A stretch of 64,000 nt of DNA. Origin: Thermoplasmatota archaeon. Its GTDB lineage: Archaea > Thermoplasmatota > E2 > JACPAO01 > JAHFTW01. The notes beneath the pieces are model-generated. The model saw nothing but the letters and a program-made list of their open reading frames with translations. It made no database searches and had not been told where the DNA came from. The position numbers and the translations under genes were made by a program. Location of the stretch: contig JBBSVQ010000007.1 of assembly GCA_038046725.1 (NCBI GenBank), positions 18,409 to 82,408 of the forward strand. Direction: 5' to 3'. This document shows, piece by piece, positions 59,340 to 64,000 of the stretch (the stretch's first letter is position 1; each line of letters begins with the position of its first letter).

Positions 59340-60368
59340 GTGCCCAGTGAGCAACGCGTGGACGAGCCGGCCGAGGACACCGAGTCTGTGCTCGCCGCCT
59401 ACCGCGAGCGCAAACGCAAGGCCCTGGAGGCTGCCCGCGGCTCCGGCCTTGCCGAGGCGGCGCCCGCCCCCGATGCCCCCGTTCCAACGCGCGCCCTCAA
59501 TTCTGCCGTCGCCCCGCCCGTGGCTCCACCTGAGCCGCCCCAACAGGCCCCCGTCCAGGTGCCTGAACGCGAAGTCCTCCCCGCCGCGCCGGTGCAGGAG
59601 GATTGGGGGTCGCGCTCGCTTGAGGTGCAGCGGCCGGCGCCCATCTCCGTCCCTGGCGCGACCCTGAGCCCGCTCGGCCCCGTGCTGCGGTTGTCGGAGG
59701 CCCTCCTGAAGGACACCAAGGTGTCACTGCGGGGATCCCCCCGGGCCCGCGTGGCCGGCGTGACGATGCTGCTGCTTGGCCTGGGGTTGGCCGTGCTCGA
59801 GCGCCGACAAGCCGCCGTCGGTGCGCCCATCAATGGGCTCGACCTCGCCGCAGTCGCCCTTGCCTCCGTCGGCTTGGTGACGGCCGTCGTCGGCATGCTG
59901 TGGCCGCGCAACCGTCGCCTCGCCGTGCGCCTGGCGGCCAGCCAAAAGGAGGAGTGGCAACGAATCCAAGGCGAAACGCGCCGCCTGCAGGTCCAGTCGC
60001 GCATCGGCTTGGGGCTCACCATTGTCGGCCTCCTCACCCTCGTTGCGGGGTATGCCTTGCTGTCCCTGGGGATCCTCGCCGCCGGTGCCGCCATTGCAGG
60101 CGTCGGAATCCCCGTTCTCGTCATCGCCCAGGTGCGCCGCAGCCTGGCGCGCCGCCTGTACGTCCAGACCCTGGTCTTGAGCGGCCTCGAGGCCTCCGGC
60201 ATCGGCGGTGCCGCCCCCGACGGGCGCGTGCAACCCGTCATCATCGCCCTCGACCGTCTCCTTGGCGCGCTTCCGGAAGCGGAGGTCCAAGCCTTCCTGG
60301 CCACGCCGCAAGCGCGGGCCTACCTCGAACTGGTGGACGAGGCGACGAGGTCGCAGCGTGGACCCTGA
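59340..60368 (+). CDS. Membrane protein with Pro/Ala-rich N-terminal region and 4 TM helices (start uncertain)
   Basis: GTG at 59340 chosen to avoid overlapping the divergent pilin-like start at 59232. High GC3 in frame. No family recognised. Confidence 0.5.
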   Translation: MPSEQRVDEPAEDTESVLAAYRERKRKALEAARGSGLAEAAPAPDAPVPTRALNSAVAPPVAPPEPPQQAPVQVPEREVLPAAPVQEDWGSRSLEVQRPAPISVPGATLSPLGPVLRLSEALLKDTKVSLRGSPRARVAGVTMLLLGLGLAVLERRQAAVGAPINGLDLAAVALASVGLVTAVVGMLWPRNRRLAVRLAASQKEEWQRIQGETRRLQVQSRIGLGLTIVGLLTLVAGYALLSLGILAAGAAIAGVGIPVLVIAQVRRSLARRLYVQTLVLSGLEASGIGGAAPDGRVQPVIIALDRLLGALPEAEVQAFLATPQARAYLELVDEATRSQRGP

Positions 60369-62328
60369 CGACGCGGCCGAGGAGAGGCCCGGCCTGGCCG
60401 CGCGCCTGCGCGAAGCCGGCAACGCCGACGACGCGGCCGTGGCGCGTGCGCGCGCGCACAAGGCTGGCCTGGCGGAGCGCATGCGCGCCATGGTGGCGGA
60501 CGGCGGCGTGGAGCCGGTTGCGGCCGTCGCGGACCTCGGCACGACGACGTCGCGTGCCGATGTGGCGCCCGTCGAGCCCGAGGTCGCGACGTTCGCGCAG
60601 CGGCTGCGCGGCGGCAAGGCTGCTCCGGCCGCCCTGTTCGAGCGCGCGGCGCAGGCTCCAGCGCGCAACGAATCCCCTTCGGATTCCGCTCGCGCCCCCG
60701 CTGGCGTTCCGCGTGCACAACCCCCGCCGGCGCGGGTCCAGCCGGCAGCCACCACGCGCATGGTGCGCTGGTTCCTCGGGCGCGAGGAGCAAACGGCGGG
60801 CGAGGGCCCGGTCACGCCGATTCCTCCGCTGGAAGCCGGTTGGGAGCAGGTGGACTTCTACGACCTCGACCCGCCCTTCTCGTTCGTGCGCATCGTGCGC
60901 CAGAGCGACAACGGGCAGTTGCGCTACGAGGCCATCGAGCCCGTGCTGTCGGAGCGTGAACAACGCACCTTCGAGTTCGTGCAGGACGCCCTGGTGCGCG
61001 GCCTGAACATCGACCCGGGGCCGATGAAGCCGGAGCAGCGCGAGGGGTACCTGCTTGGGGCGGTGCGCCAGATCCTGAAGGACTACCGCATCCGCCTCGA
61101 CACCCGGGAGCAACTGCGCGTCGAGTACTACCTGCGCCGCGACTTCCTTGGGCTCGGAACAATCCATTCCGTCATGGTGGACCCGCGCATCGAGGACATC
61201 TCGTGCGACGGGGCCGCGGAGCCGCTCTTCATCTTCCACCGCGAACACGAATCCATCCCGTCCAACATCCGCTTCCGCTCCGACGGCGAGCTCGACGCTT
61301 TCGTCATCCGCCTGGCGCAGCGCTCCGGCAAGGCCATCTCCATCTCCGACCCCATCCTGGACGCAGCCCTCCCGGACGGGTCTCGCCTGCAGGCGACGTT
61401 GGGTCGCGAGGTGACGCAGAACGGATCCACGTTCACCATCCGGCGCTTCAAGCCCGACCCGTTCACGCCGCTCGACCTGGTGCGCTTCGGGACCATGAGC
61501 ATCGACATGCTGACGTGGTTCTGGCTCACCGTCGAAGCCGGCCAATCGCTCATTTTCTCGGGTGGAACGGCCTCGGGCAAGACGACGGGCCTGAACGCCA
61601 TCGCCCAATTCATCCCGCCCCAGGCAAAAGTGGTGTCCATCGAGGACACGCGCGAAGTCAACCTGCCGCACCACAACTGGATCAAGGCCGTCACGCGCAG
61701 CGGATCGACGTCCGAGGGCACGGGGGAGATCGGCATGTTCGACCTGCTCAAGGCGTCGCTGCGCCAGCGCCCGGAATACATCCTCGTCGGTGAAGTGCGT
61801 GGCATCGAGGCGACGGTCGCGTTCCAGGCCATGGCGACCGGCCACACGGTGTACTCGACGATGCACGCCGACTCAGCGCGCTCCGTCGTCTATCGGTTGG
61901 AGAACGACCCCATCAACGTCCCGCGCCTGGTGCTGCAGGCCCTCGACATCATCGCCATCCAGGCCCAAGTCCGCTACAAGGGCAAGCGCGTGCGCCGCGT
62001 CAAGGAAATCGTCGAACTCGTCGGCATGGACCCGTCGACGAAGGAGATTCTCACGAACACCGTGTTCAAGTGGGACGCGGCGAACGACACGTTCGAGATG
62101 GGCGCGCGCTCGTACCTCATCGACGACATCGCCAGCGACCGCAACTGGAGCAAGGCGCGCATGGCCGAGGAGCAGGCGAACCGCCGCCGCGTCCTGCAAT
62201 GGATGATTGACCAGGGGTACCGCGACGTGCGCGAGATCACGGCCGTCGTGCAGGCCTACTACCGCGACCCAGCCTCCGTCCTGCAACGCATCGCCGCCTC
62301 CCCAGCCGCTCCGGGGGCCAAGGCGTGA
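60358..62328 (+). CDS. Type II/IV secretion-family ATPase (FlaI/PilB/VirB11-like) with N-terminal Ala-rich extension
   Basis: FSGGTASGKTTGLNAI Walker A, EDTREV Asp box, YILVGEVRG Walker B, TGHTVYSTMHA His box. GTG at 60358, alternative ATG at 60760. Confidence 0.9.
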   Translation: MDPDDAAEERPGLAARLREAGNADDAAVARARAHKAGLAERMRAMVADGGVEPVAAVADLGTTTSRADVAPVEPEVATFAQRLRGGKAAPAALFERAAQAPARNESPSDSARAPAGVPRAQPPPARVQPAATTRMVRWFLGREEQTAGEGPVTPIPPLEAGWEQVDFYDLDPPFSFVRIVRQSDNGQLRYEAIEPVLSEREQRTFEFVQDALVRGLNIDPGPMKPEQREGYLLGAVRQILKDYRIRLDTREQLRVEYYLRRDFLGLGTIHSVMVDPRIEDISCDGAAEPLFIFHREHESIPSNIRFRSDGELDAFVIRLAQRSGKAISISDPILDAALPDGSRLQATLGREVTQNGSTFTIRRFKPDPFTPLDLVRFGTMSIDMLTWFWLTVEAGQSLIFSGGTASGKTTGLNAIAQFIPPQAKVVSIEDTREVNLPHHNWIKAVTRSGSTSEGTGEIGMFDLLKASLRQRPEYILVGEVRGIEATVAFQAMATGHTVYSTMHADSARSVVYRLENDPINVPRLVLQALDIIAIQAQVRYKGKRVRRVKEIVELVGMDPSTKEILTNTVFKWDAANDTFEMGARSYLIDDIASDRNWSKARMAEEQANRRRVLQWMIDQGYRDVREITAVVQAYYRDPASVLQRIAASPAAPGAKA

Positions 62329-63251
62329 GCGGCACGGCGGCCGCCGAGGGGGAGGCGCCCCCGCCGGTCGCCACCATCGGGCCAACGGCGTTCGAGCGCC
62401 TGTGCGGCCGCTGGTTCGGCAGCGCCGGCGCCCGCAACCTTGCCAATCATCCGTTGCTGGGAATCCGGCTGGCCCAGGCGCGCAACCCGCTCGTGCCCTC
62501 CGTGTACCTCGCCTCCGTGTACGGCCAGGTCGGAGTCGCGGTCCTCGTCGGCCTCCTTCCATTGGTCATCGCTCTCGTGCTCGCGGGGGGCCCCGTTGCC
62601 CTCGGCGTGCGCTGGATCGTCCCCTTGACGGGCCTGCCGGGCTTGCTGGCCACGGCGACCTACGCGTGGGGCATGCTGCGCCCCGACCTGGAAGCCAAGG
62701 CGCGGCGGCGCGACGTGGAATCGCACCTTCCGTACGCGCTCAACTTCATGGCCGCATTGGCGTCGGCCGGCGTGGTCCCCGTCGAGGTCTTCGGGGCCCT
62801 CGGTTCGCAACGGGTGTATGGCGAAATGGCGGCGGAGGCCAACCTCATCTACCGCGACACGAAGCTGTTCTCGCGCGACCTCGTCACGGCGTTGCAGGCC
62901 GCGGCGCGGCGCAGCCCAAGCCAGCAGCTCGAGGAGTTCCTGCAGGGCGCCGTCAGCACGATCACGTCGGGCGGCGACCTGAAAACGTACCTCCTTGCCA
63001 AGGCTGAGCAGTTCGCGCAGGAGAACCGCCGCGAGCAGAAGGCGTTCCTGGAATCGCTGGGGGTCATGGCCGAGTCCTACGTCGTCGTCGCCGCGGCGGC
63101 GCCACTGTTCCTGCTCGTGATCCTGTCCGTCATGATGCTGGTCAGCGAGGGCCTCGACCCCACGTTCATGCTCAACATCCTCGTGCTCGTGGCCTTGCCC
63201 GTCATCCACAGCATGTTCGCCTACATCCTGCGCACCATGAGGCCCGATTGA
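62325..63251 (+). CDS. T2SSF-domain platform protein (FlaJ/TadC-like, single domain)
   Basis: LPYALNFMAALASAGVVPVEVF...LQGAVSTITSGGDL...LGVMAESYVV is a T2SSF domain. GTGA overlap with the ATPase gene. Confidence 0.85.
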   Translation: MSGTAAAEGEAPPPVATIGPTAFERLCGRWFGSAGARNLANHPLLGIRLAQARNPLVPSVYLASVYGQVGVAVLVGLLPLVIALVLAGGPVALGVRWIVPLTGLPGLLATATYAWGMLRPDLEAKARRRDVESHLPYALNFMAALASAGVVPVEVFGALGSQRVYGEMAAEANLIYRDTKLFSRDLVTALQAAARRSPSQQLEEFLQGAVSTITSGGDLKTYLLAKAEQFAQENRREQKAFLESLGVMAESYVVVAAAAPLFLLVILSVMMLVSEGLDPTFMLNILVLVALPVIHSMFAYILRTMRPD

Positions 63252-64000
63252 TGCCCGAAGCATCCCTTCCCGCGCCCCGCGGTCCGCGCCCGTCGTGGGC
63301 CGTCGGCCTCCTCGTGCTCGGGGTTGCCGCGGTGCTGTGCGGAGCGGGTGCCGCCGTGACGGAAGGCACGCTGCGCCGCGTGCTTCTCGTTCTCCTCTTC
63401 GCGACGGCGATTGCCGTTGCCTGGCTCGCCTCGGGCCGTTTCATCGAACGGCCACCGAGCACCGTCGTTGGTGGCGCGGGCTACACGGCGCCGCGCACCG
63501 GCTTCGAGAAGGTCCTGCATTCCGTCCTGAGCCTGCTCTACAACGCCGGCATCATGATCGTCGTCTTCGCGGCCCTGCTGCGCTTGAAACTGGTCCTGCT
63601 CGAATTCCCCGCCATCGTGACGGCCTGGTTCCCGGTCGTCGTCGGCGGCTACGTGGCGTTGCTGGCCGTCGCCGCTGAACGACGCATCCTCGAACAGGGC
63701 GGCGTCCTGCGCACATGGTACACCCGCGCCCACGGCTGGGTGCTGGCCGGCATCAGCGTCCCCATCCTGGCCGCCGGGCTCATTCTCGCCATCGTTGGCG
63801 AAGTCGAAAGCGGCGGCGTGCGCTACCTCGTCGAAGACGACTTGGTCGTGCTCGTCCTGGTCGGCGTCATGGGCGTCGGGACGCAGCTCTTCCTTGCTGC
63901 GAACCTGCCCACCATGTTCGACTTGGCCACGGCGTTCCTGCGCGTCGTCACGACGCGGCGACGCGTGGGCGACACGCCACCCTTCGTGTATGCCGCGGTC
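63251..64000 (+). CDS. Multi-pass membrane protein, 3-prime end outside window (possible second platform subunit)
   Basis: ATG at 63251 overlaps the upstream TGA by 1 nt. The frame is open to the window edge. My own translation gives at least six hydrophobic helices. Not in the ORF track because no stop is reached. Confidence 0.6.
   Translation, partial: MPEASLPAPRGPRPSWAVGLLVLGVAAVLCGAGAAVTEGTLRRVLLVLLFATAIAVAWLASGRFIERPPSTVVGGAGYTAPRTGFEKVLHSVLSLLYNAGIMIVVFAALLRLKLVLLEFPAIVTAWFPVVVGGYVALLAVAAERRILEQGGVLRTWYTRAHGWVLAGISVPILAAGLILAIVGEVESGGVRYLVEDDLVVLVLVGVMGVGTQLFLAANLPTMFDLATAFLRVVTTRRRVGDTPPFVYAAV

Overview
GC-rich archaeal chromosomal segment. It looks euryarchaeal or Thermoplasmatota-like, judging from the 16S sequence and gene content: aIF2-gamma, S6e, L1-P0-P1, CarS, split GuaA, class-III-signal pilin-like proteins and a PGF-CTERM-type anchor. 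I can support about 70 protein genes, one complete 16S-tRNAAla(UGC)-23S-5S operon with visible processing stems, and a tRNA-Ser(UGA). Most of the window is housekeeping: translation genes, a preQ0/archaeosine precursor operon, transporters and surface lipoproteins. The many long antisense ORFs in the track are GC-content artefacts. Leads worth a second look: (1) a lower-GC islet abutting the 3-prime end of tRNA-Ser. It carries a DpnI-like methyl-directed restriction endonuclease translationally coupled to a DUF3883-like PD-(D/E)xK protein, with no methyltransferase. (2) A roughly 1420-aa multidomain helicase directly after the 5S rRNA: Zn knuckle, degenerate SF2-like module, Upf1/IGHMBP2-like SF1 core, RGG/AKP-rich tail and a terminal CCCH knuckle. 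(3) A type IV pilus-like locus (FlaI/PilB-type ATPase, T2SSF platform gene followed by a coupled multi-pass membrane gene, two very large pilin-like proteins) fused to a tandem pair of KaiC-like proteins, one with an intact and one with a degenerate P-loop. (4) Converging on that pair, a translationally coupled three-gene module: a P-loop-less KaiC-like protein, a membrane ectodomain protein and a PAS-GAF protein with no output domain. The P-loop-less domain recurs fused to a receiver domain at 25.2 kb. (5) A 570-nt ORF-free, strongly structured intergenic region at 33.6-34.2 kb that I cannot assign to SRP or RNase P RNA. All start codons in this GC-rich DNA are provisional. GTG starts and 4-nt stop/start overlaps are frequent.
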